DNA of 64,000 nucleotides from Tubiluchus corallicola. Taxonomy: Eukaryota; Animalia; Priapulida. Under the pieces are notes generated by a model that was not told where the DNA came from, did not search any database, and worked only from the letters and a program-made list of their open reading frames with translations. Below are positions 21,141 to 30,839 of this stretch, one piece after another (position 1 is the stretch's first letter; each line of letters starts with the position of its first letter). Where the stretch lies: NCBI GenBank assembly GCA_030141605.1, contig JAQGDQ010002403.1, positions 18,258 to 82,257 on the forward strand, read 5' to 3'. The translations under genes and the position numbers were made by a program.

Positions 21141-22496
21141 ATGGCAAAAACAAAACAAACATATATCTGTCGAAACTGCCAAACACAGCATTTACAATGG
21201 TCAGGAAAATGCAATAGCTGTGGTGAATGGAACACCATAGAAAAAATTACCACCATCATCAAGAAAAATAACAATTTCGAAGCTCTCCTTGCCCATAACA
21301 CACCTACTCCCATTGATCAGATAGCACATACTCATACAACACGTATAGACACTAAAAACACTGAACTCAATAGAGTGTTAGGAGGAGGATTAGTTCACGG
21401 CACACTCATACTCATTGGCGGAGAACCCGGTATAGGTAAGTCTACCCTAGCCTTGCAAATTGCCTTGCAACTTACCAACTATAAAACACTATATATATCA
21501 GGAGAAGAAAGCCCACAGCAAATTAAATTGCGGGCTACTCGCATTGCTACTCCTAATCACAACACACACATCCTTACCGAAACCAGCCTCGAAAACATCA
21601 CAGCACAAATAAAAGCTACCCAGCCTGATATTATCATCATAGACTCCATACAAACTATCCATACCCAAAATATAGAAGCTTCCATAGGCAGCATTACACA
21701 AATAAAAGAATGCTCCAATCAGCTCCAACATATTGCCAAACAATCCAATATACCTATCATACTCATTTCACACATTAATAAAGAAGGAAACTTAGCAGGT
21801 CCAAAAGCCCTAGAACATATTGTAGATACAGTGCTGCATTTTGAAGGCGACACTCATCACTTATACCGAATACTTCGCACCACTAAAAACCGTTATGGCT
21901 CTACAAATGAAATTGGCATCTACGAGATGAATCGCAATGGGTTAACAGTAGTTGCAAATCCTTCACAATTGCTACTTGCCCAACATAATCAACCACTTGG
22001 AGGTATTACTACTTCTGCCACCATAGAGGGCAACCGTCCTTTTCTTATAGAGGTACAAGCCCTTGTGAGTAGCGCAGTATATGGCACACCACAACGTACT
22101 ACTACGGGGTTCAACACCAAGCGTCTTAATATGCTTCTTGCTGTGTTAGAAAAGAAAGCTCGTTTCAATCTTGCTACTAAAGACGTATTTATCAATATAG
22201 CAGGAGGTATCAAGGTGAACGATCCTGCCAACGATTTAGCTGTTATTACTGCTGTACTGTCTTCTAATATAGATACTCCTGTTACTTCTCATTATTGTTT
22301 TGCTGGCGAAGTAGGTCTTTCAGGTGAGATACGTCCCGTTACCCGTATAGACATCCGTATCAAAGAAGCAGAAAAATTAGGCTTTAAGAAAATATTTATT
22401 TCCGCTGCTCACAATCTTAACACCACAAACCACAAACTCACAATCGTCTTCGTCGAAAAGATAGAAGACGTGTTTAAACAATGTTTTAAACAGTGA
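21141..22496 (+). CDS. radA: DNA repair protein RadA/Sms
   Basis: N-terminal C4 zinc finger, GGEPGIGKSTL, DSIQT, KNRYG, Lon-like C-terminal GEVGLSGEIRPV. Confidence 0.96.
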   Translation: MAKTKQTYICRNCQTQHLQWSGKCNSCGEWNTIEKITTIIKKNNNFEALLAHNTPTPIDQIAHTHTTRIDTKNTELNRVLGGGLVHGTLILIGGEPGIGKSTLALQIALQLTNYKTLYISGEESPQQIKLRATRIATPNHNTHILTETSLENITAQIKATQPDIIIIDSIQTIHTQNIEASIGSITQIKECSNQLQHIAKQSNIPIILISHINKEGNLAGPKALEHIVDTVLHFEGDTHHLYRILRTTKNRYGSTNEIGIYEMNRNGLTVVANPSQLLLAQHNQPLGGITTSATIEGNRPFLIEVQALVSSAVYGTPQRTTTGFNTKRLNMLLAVLEKKARFNLATKDVFINIAGGIKVNDPANDLAVITAVLSSNIDTPVTSHYCFAGEVGLSGEIRPVTRIDIRIKEAEKLGFKKIFISAAHNLNTTNHKLTIVFVEKIEDVFKQCFKQ

Positions 22497-22797
22497 TATG
22501 TTAAACTTAGCCATTCAACAATTCGCTTATTTTCAAACAAAGCCAATTTCAACCACTACATTTTGCTGAAAGTTTTACAAAATTAAAAATGGAGCAGATT
22601 GTTATTTCCTTATAAGAGTGGCATCTGTTTACTTAGCGAATGGTCTTACTCATAGGTTTTTTTTAGAAATACTTACAAAGCTGCCATATTCAAGCTCGCT
22701 CTTTTTTTTAATCGGTAAAGAGAAGATGTAAGAAAGGCAAATGAGTCAAAAAAACATTAGAAAACAATTAATCTAATCTTTATGATATTTGACTACT

Positions 22798-24090
22798 TCA
22801 ATTATTTTTAAGCAACTGTATGTAGCCTCTTTCATTGTAGTTGTAGCCGTTAAAATCTGTGGCTTTGATAGTGTAGAAATACACCCCCGCAGATGCATTT
22901 CCTCCGTCCCAACCTTCGTCAGGGTTATTCCACTCAAATATTTTACGTCCCTGTCTGTTGTATATTCTTGCATTAAAGGAGCTAAGGGAACGATGCTTTA
23001 CTTTAAATATATCATTGATACCATCGCCGTTAGGTGTAAAAGCATTAGGGATTTCTAATTCAGAATCTACCACAAAAATAGTTTTAAAATCAGCAGTATC
23101 AAAGCACCCGGCATTACTTTGCAGACTTACAAATACACTATCATAACCATTTTCTTGATATTTAGTATAAGTAAAAGTAGCCCCAAAATTTTCTATTTGG
23201 AAGTCAGTAGTTTTGTCTTTATCTCCAAAATGCCAAGTAAGATTTTTAATATTCTCCACAAGGTAAGAAGTATTAATAAATCTAATTTCTAAGGGTGCAA
23301 TTCCTGCAATATCACCAGCTCCATCAGTTTCTTTATCAGGGTCAGTAGCCTCTATATCAAAATCAGCCTTTACTCTTATGGGTTGATACCTGATAGTGTC
23401 TTTATTGTACCCGCCTACTTGGTCAGTTACAATAAGCGTAAAAAGTGTAGAAACAGGAGGTAAAGGATTAATAACTGTAAGGGTATCAGTAGAGCTCCCT
23501 AAATCAACTATAAGGTCGTCTGTTTCCAGTTCCCAATTCCAGACAGTAGAAGCAATATTACTCACAAGAGTTTCTTGATTTTCAGAAGGTGTTGTGGCAC
23601 TTAAATCATAGTAGACAAGAGTATCTAAAACAATAGTATCAACTGTTACTTGAAACTTTTCGCAACTATCTGTATCTACAAGCAATAATAGCTCTTTAAT
23701 ATTTATGTAATTATTGTAGACCCACACAGTTGCAGAATGCTCAGTTGCATCTCCTTGATTTATTATAACTTTATATGCTCCCGTTTCTAAATTAGATATA
23801 TTTTGTTCATTACCAATATCAGTCCATGAATCTGAATCTAAATCATATTTTTGCCACAGATAATTTGGTGATGTCGAATTTGTAGTGTCGTGGGCTATGA
23901 ATTCTCCTATGTTATCTACATTGATAGTGTCAGAGAATACAAATATGGTGTCATCAGGTGGTACGGCATAACTGGTAATAGTTTTACCTGTGGCAGTGGG
24001 TGCTGTAATGATTTGAGAAGATGAAGTAGAAATATTTAAAACAATACAAATAAGTAAAATAGATAGCTTAATATGGGTAAATACCTTCAT
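22798..24090 (-). CDS. T9SS cargo with PKD-like domain and type B (gliding-motility-associated) C-terminal domain
   Basis: Signal peptide ending S-Q; PKD-like segment (ADF...APLEIRFINTS...WHFGD); CTD IPNAFTPNGDGINDIF...IYNRQG...WDG...GVYFY. Confidence 0.9.
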   Translation of the reverse strand: MKVFTHIKLSILLICIVLNISTSSSQIITAPTATGKTITSYAVPPDDTIFVFSDTINVDNIGEFIAHDTTNSTSPNYLWQKYDLDSDSWTDIGNEQNISNLETGAYKVIINQGDATEHSATVWVYNNYINIKELLLLVDTDSCEKFQVTVDTIVLDTLVYYDLSATTPSENQETLVSNIASTVWNWELETDDLIVDLGSSTDTLTVINPLPPVSTLFTLIVTDQVGGYNKDTIRYQPIRVKADFDIEATDPDKETDGAGDIAGIAPLEIRFINTSYLVENIKNLTWHFGDKDKTTDFQIENFGATFTYTKYQENGYDSVFVSLQSNAGCFDTADFKTIFVVDSELEIPNAFTPNGDGINDIFKVKHRSLSSFNARIYNRQGRKIFEWNNPDEGWDGGNASAGVYFYTIKATDFNGYNYNERGYIQLLKNN

Positions 24091-24145
24091 CTTGATGAAT
24101 ATTATTTCTCCTACAAAAATAAAAAAATAAACATCGCTTATGAAA

Positions 24146-24589
24146 TTATTTCCGTAGAGATTTGAAAAAACTCTTTATCAATTGCGAACACTCATTTTCC
24201 ATTATGCCATTTATCACTTCTGTCCTTTTATGTAACAGATTGGGACTGTATTGCGTATATCCTTTCTTGGGCTCAGGAGCACCATACACCAACTGTTTTA
24301 TTTGTGCTCCGTTGAGTGCAGCAGCACACATTGGACAGGGCTCTATAGTTACATACAAAGTGCATTCGTTGAGGTATTTACTATCTAAATAATTGGTTGC
24401 AGATGTTATAGCTTGCATTTCGGCGTGGGCTGTAGTGTCATTAAGTGTTTGCATTAAATTGTAAGCCCGTGCAATAATGCGGTTATTAGCAACAACCACA
24501 ACCCCTATAGGAATTTCATCCTTTTGTAGTGCTTTTTGAGCTTCTTGCAACGCTTGTTTCATAAAATATTGATGAGTGAATGTTTCCAT
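24146..24589 (-). CDS. tadA: tRNA-specific adenosine deaminase / nucleoside deaminase
   Basis: FMKQALQEA, AHAE and EPCPMC zinc-deaminase motifs; likely start ATG 24589. Confidence 0.88.
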   Translation of the reverse strand: METFTHQYFMKQALQEAQKALQKDEIPIGVVVVANNRIIARAYNLMQTLNDTTAHAEMQAITSATNYLDSKYLNECTLYVTIEPCPMCAAALNGAQIKQLVYGAPEPKKGYTQYSPNLLHKRTEVINGIMENECSQLIKSFFKSLRK

Positions 24590-24710
24590 TTTCTTATCTG
24601 AAAAGACTAACAATTAGCTTGTAAGAATTAATATAATTCAATTTGTGATTTCTGTCAATAAGAAGGGTAGTAATACAAACAGTAATTTTCTCCCTTGTAA
24701 AAAAAAATAT

Positions 24711-26543
24711 TTATTTAAAAAATTTATCTATTTCAGACGTTTGCATTGTATATGTAGTAGGCTTGCCATCAGGAGTATAGTTAGGCGTTTGGCAAGCAAA
24801 CAGATTGCCAAGCAATTTGCCCATTTCTTCTTGTGTAAGAGATTGGGTACTTTCAATAGCAGAAGATTTAGCCAGTGATAAAGCTATCTTTTCGTAAATT
24901 TCTAATTTTAATTTTTTCTCTTTGTTTTTGTAATCTTCTAACAATTGCTCTATAATAGGCTTGGGTGGCGTGTCTCCTATGACTGACGGTGTGCCATTAA
25001 TGATAAATGCCTGCTTACCAAACTCTTTTATTTCAAAGCCAAGTGAGTTGATTTCTGGTAGCAGAGTGGTAAATAACAATGAGTCCGAAGCATTAAGTTC
25101 CAGTGTTGTAGGGTAAAGTGTTTTCTGAACAACATTTTTGTTCTTAGTATTCTGGCATAGTTGCTCGTAGAGTATTCTGATATGTGCTTTTCGTTGATCT
25201 ACAAGCATCAATCCAGATTTTACAGGCGTGAGAATATACTTATTTTTTACCTGCAATAGGTTGGTAATAGGTTCTTCTTTTTCTTTAGTAATGGGTATAT
25301 GCTGTTGCTCGTGCTTATCATCTTCCACTGCTACTACATCAGTGTTGCTACTTGGTTGGTTAAAATCCTTATACAACTCCTCCCAATTGCCTATATTTTG
25401 TCTACTCCTGTGAGGCAATTTCTCAGTGCCTGTCTTCTCAAAAGGGTTGTAAGTAGGGTCTAAGTCCACTTGTGGAGCAACAGTTTCCTTTACACTACTT
25501 GCAGAAGGTATAGGAACAGCACCCTCTGTATTAAAATCAATAGTAGGCACTATGTTAAACTTACCCAATGTTTCGCGGGTAGAAGAGTTAATAATTTGCC
25601 AGATGAAACGTTCGTTTTGGAATTTCACCTCTGTTTTGGTAGGATGTATGTTGATATCTATATTTTTGGGGTCAGTTTGTAAATAGATAAAATAAGAAGG
25701 TAAAGCATCAGTAGGTAGCAGCTTATTGTAGGCTTCTACAACAGCTTTATGAAAATACGGATGCCTAATATATCTACCATTGGCAAAGAAATATTGTTCT
25801 CCATAAGTTTTCTTAGAGTGTTCGGGTTTGCAAATATATCCGCTTAATTGAATAAGGTTAGTATCACACCTTATATCTAGTAAATAGTTTTTTATATTGT
25901 TGCCAAATAGTTGTGTGATACGTTGTTTTATATTACCTGCTGGCAGGTTGAGTATTGGAGTATTGTTGTGGTATAATTCAAATACTATCTCTGAATTAGT
26001 GAGTGCCACACGATATATTTCATTGGTAATATGGCGAAGTTCAGTAGTATTAGCTTTGAGAAATTTTCTGCGGGCGGGTACGTTAAAAAACAAATTTTTC
26101 ACAAGAAAATTAGTTCCTACAGAACACGAGACAGGCTCTTGCTTTTCCAGTTTTGAACCTTTGACAACAATGTGTGTCCCAAGTTCATTATTTTGGGGGC
26201 AGGTTTTAAGTTCTACCTGTGCTACAGAAGATATAGAAGCAAGTGCCTCACCTCTAAATCCCATTGTATTGATAGCAAACAGGTCTTTGGCATCTTTTAT
26301 TTTGGAAGTAGCGTGTCGTTCAAGTGACATTCGGGCATCAGTTTCGCTCATTCCTATACCATTATCTATTACTTGTATCAATGTTTTACCTGCATCTTTA
26401 ATATGTATAGTGATGTGCGTACTCTGTGCATCTATAGCATTTTCTATTAACTCCTTCACCACAGAGGCAGGACGTTGTATCACTTCTCCAGCAGCTATTT
26501 GGTTAGCTACAGTGTCGGGTAGTAGGTTGATAATATCAGGCAT
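24711..26543 (-). CDS. mutL: DNA mismatch repair protein MutL
   Basis: NQIAAGEVIQRPASVVKELIENAIDA, GFRGEALASI, DINIHPTKTEV, C-terminal DQRKAHIRILYE. Confidence 0.97.
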   Translation of the reverse strand: MPDIINLLPDTVANQIAAGEVIQRPASVVKELIENAIDAQSTHITIHIKDAGKTLIQVIDNGIGMSETDARMSLERHATSKIKDAKDLFAINTMGFRGEALASISSVAQVELKTCPQNNELGTHIVVKGSKLEKQEPVSCSVGTNFLVKNLFFNVPARRKFLKANTTELRHITNEIYRVALTNSEIVFELYHNNTPILNLPAGNIKQRITQLFGNNIKNYLLDIRCDTNLIQLSGYICKPEHSKKTYGEQYFFANGRYIRHPYFHKAVVEAYNKLLPTDALPSYFIYLQTDPKNIDINIHPTKTEVKFQNERFIWQIINSSTRETLGKFNIVPTIDFNTEGAVPIPSASSVKETVAPQVDLDPTYNPFEKTGTEKLPHRSRQNIGNWEELYKDFNQPSSNTDVVAVEDDKHEQQHIPITKEKEEPITNLLQVKNKYILTPVKSGLMLVDQRKAHIRILYEQLCQNTKNKNVVQKTLYPTTLELNASDSLLFTTLLPEINSLGFEIKEFGKQAFIINGTPSVIGDTPPKPIIEQLLEDYKNKEKKLKLEIYEKIALSLAKSSAIESTQSLTQEEMGKLLGNLFACQTPNYTPDGKPTTYTMQTSEIDKFFK

Positions 26544-26780
26544 AATTGAAAATAATCTACTCTAATTTATTAATAATACAAAGATAGTATAAAAAGAAAA
26601 AAACACCTCTTCTACAAGATAGAGTGCTTTAAATACTGACAATAATATATTTGACCAACTCAGTGAAGAACTACCCTTTGCCCCTACAACTAAACTCATA
26701 GGCTAAAAAGGTCAGATTAACAAGTAATAATTGTCTAAATCTATTTTTCATTTAATTTACACATTGTTGCCTTACCATTC

Positions 26781-27035
26781 TTATCTCAAAATAAGATAAA
26801 ATAACACAAGCAGCACAACAAAAATAATGAGCAGGCGCCTGTTGGCTTTTCTTTTTTGCTCCTGCAAAGTAACAGAAGTTCCTTTATAGGCTTTTCGAAA
26901 TGTTCCTTTTTCTATTCGGGGCGTATGTTTTAATTCCTCTGCTCTTTGTTTTCTTCTTTCTTTTTCGGCATCGTAGTAACGTGGCTTTAAATTAAATTGT
27001 CTATTTTGTGGCAGTCTAAATAATTTCCCTATCAT
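26781..27035 (-). CDS. Small single-TM hypothetical protein
   Basis: 84 aa; RQFNLKPRYY motif and C-terminal TM helix; resembles the small gene often found upstream of mutL in Bacteroidota. Confidence 0.7.
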   Translation of the reverse strand: MIGKLFRLPQNRQFNLKPRYYDAEKERRKQRAEELKHTPRIEKGTFRKAYKGTSVTLQEQKRKANRRLLIIFVVLLVLFYLILR

Positions 27036-27185
27036 CTGTATGTATATTGATATAGTAAGTTTATATTTTTTTGTAATAGTATTTCAAAAGCTAAAAAGAA
27101 GTAATAATTTCTTTGTATGTTTTACGACAACTATGTAGCCCTAATACACAATGATACCTGCCTGCTTCTTAGTTTTATTTTCAAA

Positions 27186-27827
27186 TTACAACTTCTTTCT
27201 ATATTTGCTTAGTTCTCTAATATCTTCTATCTCTCTACTTAATAAACCAGTAAGAGCTTTTATTTCCTTGTTATTATACCCCATTTCTACTGCCTTTTGA
27301 GCTACTTCATATTTACCTTGTTGTTCACCTATTTCCATTGCTTCTTTTCTCAACTGTTCTTCCTCTTCATATTTTAGAACATATTTCTTGCTATTCTTCA
27401 AATTTTCTAACATCCCCTCTTCCTTGAAACTAATATACCCATTGGAAGTAATTACAATATGGTCGGCAATACCAATAGACAGCACTTTACTAATTTGTAA
27501 CAAGCGGTCGGTAAAATTCACATAAAAAGGAGCTATTGTAAAACGATCATCCACCTTATTATGCACCATAAATATTTTTGGAGCCTCTTTCAACACAGCC
27601 ACCTTAAAGGGTTCAGTAGGCTTTACCTTATATATGTTCCTACGCTCCAATGCAAAAAGCTCAATATTTAAAAGTCTATTATTATCATCCAAGCACACAA
27701 TCCAAAAATGCTCTCTTGCTCTTTCTATCATATTCTCCCTATCTAATACCTTCCTCATTACAGTATAAATATCAGATGCTCCTCCTATTATAATATTTTT
27801 ATACTCAGGTGATACATTTATATTCAT
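27186..27827 (-). CDS. RadC/JAB-domain protein with degenerate metal site and Rpn-like C-terminal tail
   Basis: REHFWIVCLDDNNRLL and DHIVIT are RadC-like flanking motifs; the expected HNHPSG is replaced by HNKVDD; tail EIGEQQGKYEVAQKAVEMGYNNKEIKALTGLL. Confidence 0.8.
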   Translation of the reverse strand: MNINVSPEYKNIIIGGASDIYTVMRKVLDRENMIERAREHFWIVCLDDNNRLLNIELFALERRNIYKVKPTEPFKVAVLKEAPKIFMVHNKVDDRFTIAPFYVNFTDRLLQISKVLSIGIADHIVITSNGYISFKEEGMLENLKNSKKYVLKYEEEEQLRKEAMEIGEQQGKYEVAQKAVEMGYNNKEIKALTGLLSREIEDIRELSKYRKKL

Positions 27828-27838
27828 TGGCTCTACAA

Positions 27839-29008
27839 TTAATATTTGAACTCACCAAATTTACTTCTTATTGTCAATTCTTTTCCTTCACTTGCTTCGC
27901 ACCTTCCCACTATTTGAGCTTCTACATTATATTTTTTTGAAATATTAATAATATCTTCCGCAATATTGGGCTGCACATATATCTCGAATCGATGACCCAT
28001 ATTAAAAACCTTATACATTTCTTGCCAACCAGTAGCCGACTGCTCCTGTATGGTGCTAAACAATACAGGCAATTTAAACAAATTATCTTTTATCACGTGT
28101 AAGTTTTTTATAAAATTTAACACCTTAGTTTGTGCTCCACCCGAACAATGTATCAATCCGTGAATAGCTTTTCTATGCTTACTCAATATTTCTTTTATAA
28201 TAGGAGCATATGTTCGAGTAGGAGAAAGTACCAACTTACCCACATCTACTCCCAAGCCTTGAATCTCATCTGTCAATCGCAGGCTGCCTGTATAAACCAA
28301 GTCATCAGATATTGTGTTGTCGTAGCTTTCTATATATTTTTCAGCTAAATATTTAGCAAACACATCGTGCCGAGCCGAAGTCAAACCATTACTTCCCATT
28401 CCACCATTATACTCTCTCTCATAAGAAGCCTGTCCCGAAGATGACAAACCCACAATCACATCTCCCGCCTGTATTTCCTCATTAGTTATTACATCTTTAC
28501 GCTTCATACGACAACACACCGTAGAATCGACAATAATAGTTCGCACCAAATCGCCCACATCTGCGGTTTCACCGCCCGTAGTATAGATATTCACTCCCAA
28601 GCTCCGTAATTCTTCACATAACTCCTCTGTTCCCTCAATAATAGCCGATACTACCTCTCCACTCACTAAGTTTTTATTGCGTCCTATAGTAGAAGACAAA
28701 AGAATATTATTGTCTACTGCCCCTACACACAACAAATCATCCAAGTTCATTACAATGGCATCCTGCGCAATACCTTTCCACACCGATAAATCTCCTGTTT
28801 CTCGCCAATACATATATGCTAGCGAAGACTTAGTGCCTGCACCATCTGCGTGCATCACATTGCAAAATGCACTATCTCCTCCTAAATAATCTGGTATTAT
28901 TTTACAAAAAGCATTAGGGTATAAGCCCTTGTCAATGTTCTTTATAGCATTATGCACATCTTCCTTAGAAGCAGAAACTCCTCTACGATTGTATTTGTCG
29001 TTTTGCAT
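27839..29008 (-). CDS. purM: Phosphoribosylformylglycinamidine cyclo-ligase (AIR synthase, Bacteroidota type)
   Basis: YNRRGVSASKEDVH, HADGAGTKS, GGETADVGD, HCSGGAQTK, VFNMGHR. Confidence 0.93.
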   Translation of the reverse strand: MQNDKYNRRGVSASKEDVHNAIKNIDKGLYPNAFCKIIPDYLGGDSAFCNVMHADGAGTKSSLAYMYWRETGDLSVWKGIAQDAIVMNLDDLLCVGAVDNNILLSSTIGRNKNLVSGEVVSAIIEGTEELCEELRSLGVNIYTTGGETADVGDLVRTIIVDSTVCCRMKRKDVITNEEIQAGDVIVGLSSSGQASYEREYNGGMGSNGLTSARHDVFAKYLAEKYIESYDNTISDDLVYTGSLRLTDEIQGLGVDVGKLVLSPTRTYAPIIKEILSKHRKAIHGLIHCSGGAQTKVLNFIKNLHVIKDNLFKLPVLFSTIQEQSATGWQEMYKVFNMGHRFEIYVQPNIAEDIINISKKYNVEAQIVGRCEASEGKELTIRSKFGEFKY

Positions 29009-29288
29009 TTATTAAGTATTTTACAATATTTTTTCTTTGTCAAAAAAATAATGATTAACCTCTTGAACAATATATTCTATTACCTCTTTCATATTATAAA
29101 ATGTAGCTTCTACCATACTTGTGGAGAAGTTATTTTATTATTCTTTCATCTATAATTTAATAGAAGTTAAGTACTAGCAGTAGCAAATATAATGATAAAA
29201 TAAAAAAAACTATTAAAAAAAATGTAGTTAGCAAAAGTAGTTTTTATTATACTTGAAAAGATAAGTATTTTTACAACTTTCAATTCAT

Positions 29289-29450
29289 ATTACACCAAAA
29301 ACAAGCTATTCGCAAACTTACATTCTTCCTCAGCAAATAAAACCAATATTTTATCATTCATAAAAAGACATTTGGGAGTTTGCTTAATTTAAGCATTACA
29401 CTAAAAACAAGCTATTCATATAATTTCACTCATTTTCAGCAAGCAAAACT
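29289..29450. repeat. Two-copy imperfect ~56-bp direct repeat, 106-bp period
   Basis: attacaccaaaaacaagctattc (29289-29311) and attacactaaaaacaagctattc (29395-29417) match at 22/23; weaker similarity continues through tcagcaa..aaaac. Confidence 0.75.
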
Positions 29451-30738
29451 ACACCTCTCTTATCACTTTTAGCAAAACACTTGTGAGTGTACTTAATTCA
29501 GAACTCTTTATAATGTATGGAGGCATCACATATACTAAATCTTTAAAAGGGCGTATCCATACACCTTCCTCTACAAACCGGGCTTGTAGTTTTGCCACAT
29601 CTACTTCATAGCGCATCTGCACTACACCAATAGCCCCCAGCACTCTTACATCCAATACATTATCAAAAGAACTTGCAACACTTAGTTCTGCCCGCAGCTG
29701 TTTTTCAATAGCCTTTACACGTTTTTGCCAAGGACTAGTCAAAAGCAGATCTATACTCGCACTTGCTACAGCACAAGCCAATGGATTAGCCATAAAAGTA
29801 GGACCGTGCATAAAAACACCCGCTTCCCCCCCACTAATAGTATTTGCTATTTTATTAGTTGTAAGTGTAGCCGCCAAACTTATATATCCTCCTGTGATTG
29901 CTTTACCCACACATAAAATATCAGGTACAATACCCGAGTGCTCATAGGCAAACATTTTACCAGTACGACCAAATCCTGTAGCAATTTCATCAAAAATTAG
30001 CAGCACATCATACTTATTGCACAACTCACGCAATCTCTGCAAATACACAGGCGAATAAAACCACATACCACCAGCACCCTGCACAATAGGCTCTAAAATC
30101 ACTCCTGCTATTTCACCACAATGCTTTTCCATAAGCATTTCCATAGAGGCTATATCTTTTTCATCCCAGACATCCTGAAACCTTGTGAATGGCTTCTCTG
30201 CAAACAATTGACAAGATAAAATGTTTTTAAAAATATGGTGCATACCCATATCAGGATCACACACCGACATCGCATTCCAAGTATCTCCGTGGTATCCTCC
30301 TCGCACTGTCAAAAATCTATTCCTTCTGAGTTTTCCTAAAGCTTGGCAATATTGTAAAGCCATTTTCATAGCTACTTCTACTGCTACAGACCCTGAGTCG
30401 CTATAAAAAACCTTGTCAAAGTTATTCTCTGTCAAAGTCAAAAGTCTTTCAGTTAAAGCTAACACAGGAGAATGAGTAAAACCCCCAAACATAATATGAG
30501 ACATCTTACTTATTTGGTTTTTTATAGCCTCATTTATTATAGGATGATTATAGCCGTGTATTGCAGCCCACCAAGATGCCATCCCATCCACCAATTGTTT
30601 CCCATCCTCTAAATCTATATAAACTCCTGATGCAGAACGAACTAAATATATCTGTAACGGGTTAGTAGTAGAAGTATAAGGGTGCCATATATGTTCCCTG
30701 TCAAAATTCAACTTTTTTATGACATTTGACTTTCCCAC
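29449..30738 (-). CDS. bioA: Adenosylmethionine--8-amino-7-oxononanoate transaminase
   Basis: [40 protein letters not shown] lysine in [17 protein letters not shown]. Confidence 0.96.
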   Translation of the reverse strand: MGKSNVIKKLNFDREHIWHPYTSTTNPLQIYLVRSASGVYIDLEDGKQLVDGMASWWAAIHGYNHPIINEAIKNQISKMSHIMFGGFTHSPVLALTERLLTLTENNFDKVFYSDSGSVAVEVAMKMALQYCQALGKLRRNRFLTVRGGYHGDTWNAMSVCDPDMGMHHIFKNILSCQLFAEKPFTRFQDVWDEKDIASMEMLMEKHCGEIAGVILEPIVQGAGGMWFYSPVYLQRLRELCNKYDVLLIFDEIATGFGRTGKMFAYEHSGIVPDILCVGKAITGGYISLAATLTTNKIANTISGGEAGVFMHGPTFMANPLACAVASASIDLLLTSPWQKRVKAIEKQLRAELSVASSFDNVLDVRVLGAIGVVQMRYEVDVAKLQARFVEEGVWIRPFKDLVYVMPPYIIKSSELSTLTSVLLKVIREV

Positions 30739-30757
30739 TTCTTAAATTTTACAAAAA

Positions 30758-30792
30758 TAGCATTGCTAATCAAAAAGGTATCAGCAATGCTA
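30758..30792 (-). terminator. Probable terminator after the S74-domain gene
   Basis: Inverted repeat tagcattgct...agcaatgcta followed by a T-run on the minus strand. Confidence 0.55.
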
Positions 30793-30839
30793 CTATATTA
30801 TTGAATTACAAAATTCTTAAGTTCTAAATAAAACCATCT

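Noticed and set aside
22500-22790. Intergenic DNA between radA and the T9SS cargo gene, checked for a gene relic or IS end
   Set aside because: No convincing ORF, terminal inverted repeat or family motif recognised.
22773-22973. 66-aa minus-strand ORF overlapping the 3' end of the T9SS cargo gene in another frame (possible alternative C-terminus)
   Set aside because: The main frame already ends in a complete type B CTD, and I saw no slippery site or motif in the alternative frame.
26630-26706. Short plus-strand peptide-like stretch (NNIFDQLSEELPFAPTTKLIG*) upstream of mutL
   Set aside because: No start codon context and too short to assign; could be chance.
29289-29450. Repeat pair considered as a CRISPR or other guide array
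   Set aside because: Only two degenerate copies, no palindrome, and no cas or other effector gene nearby.
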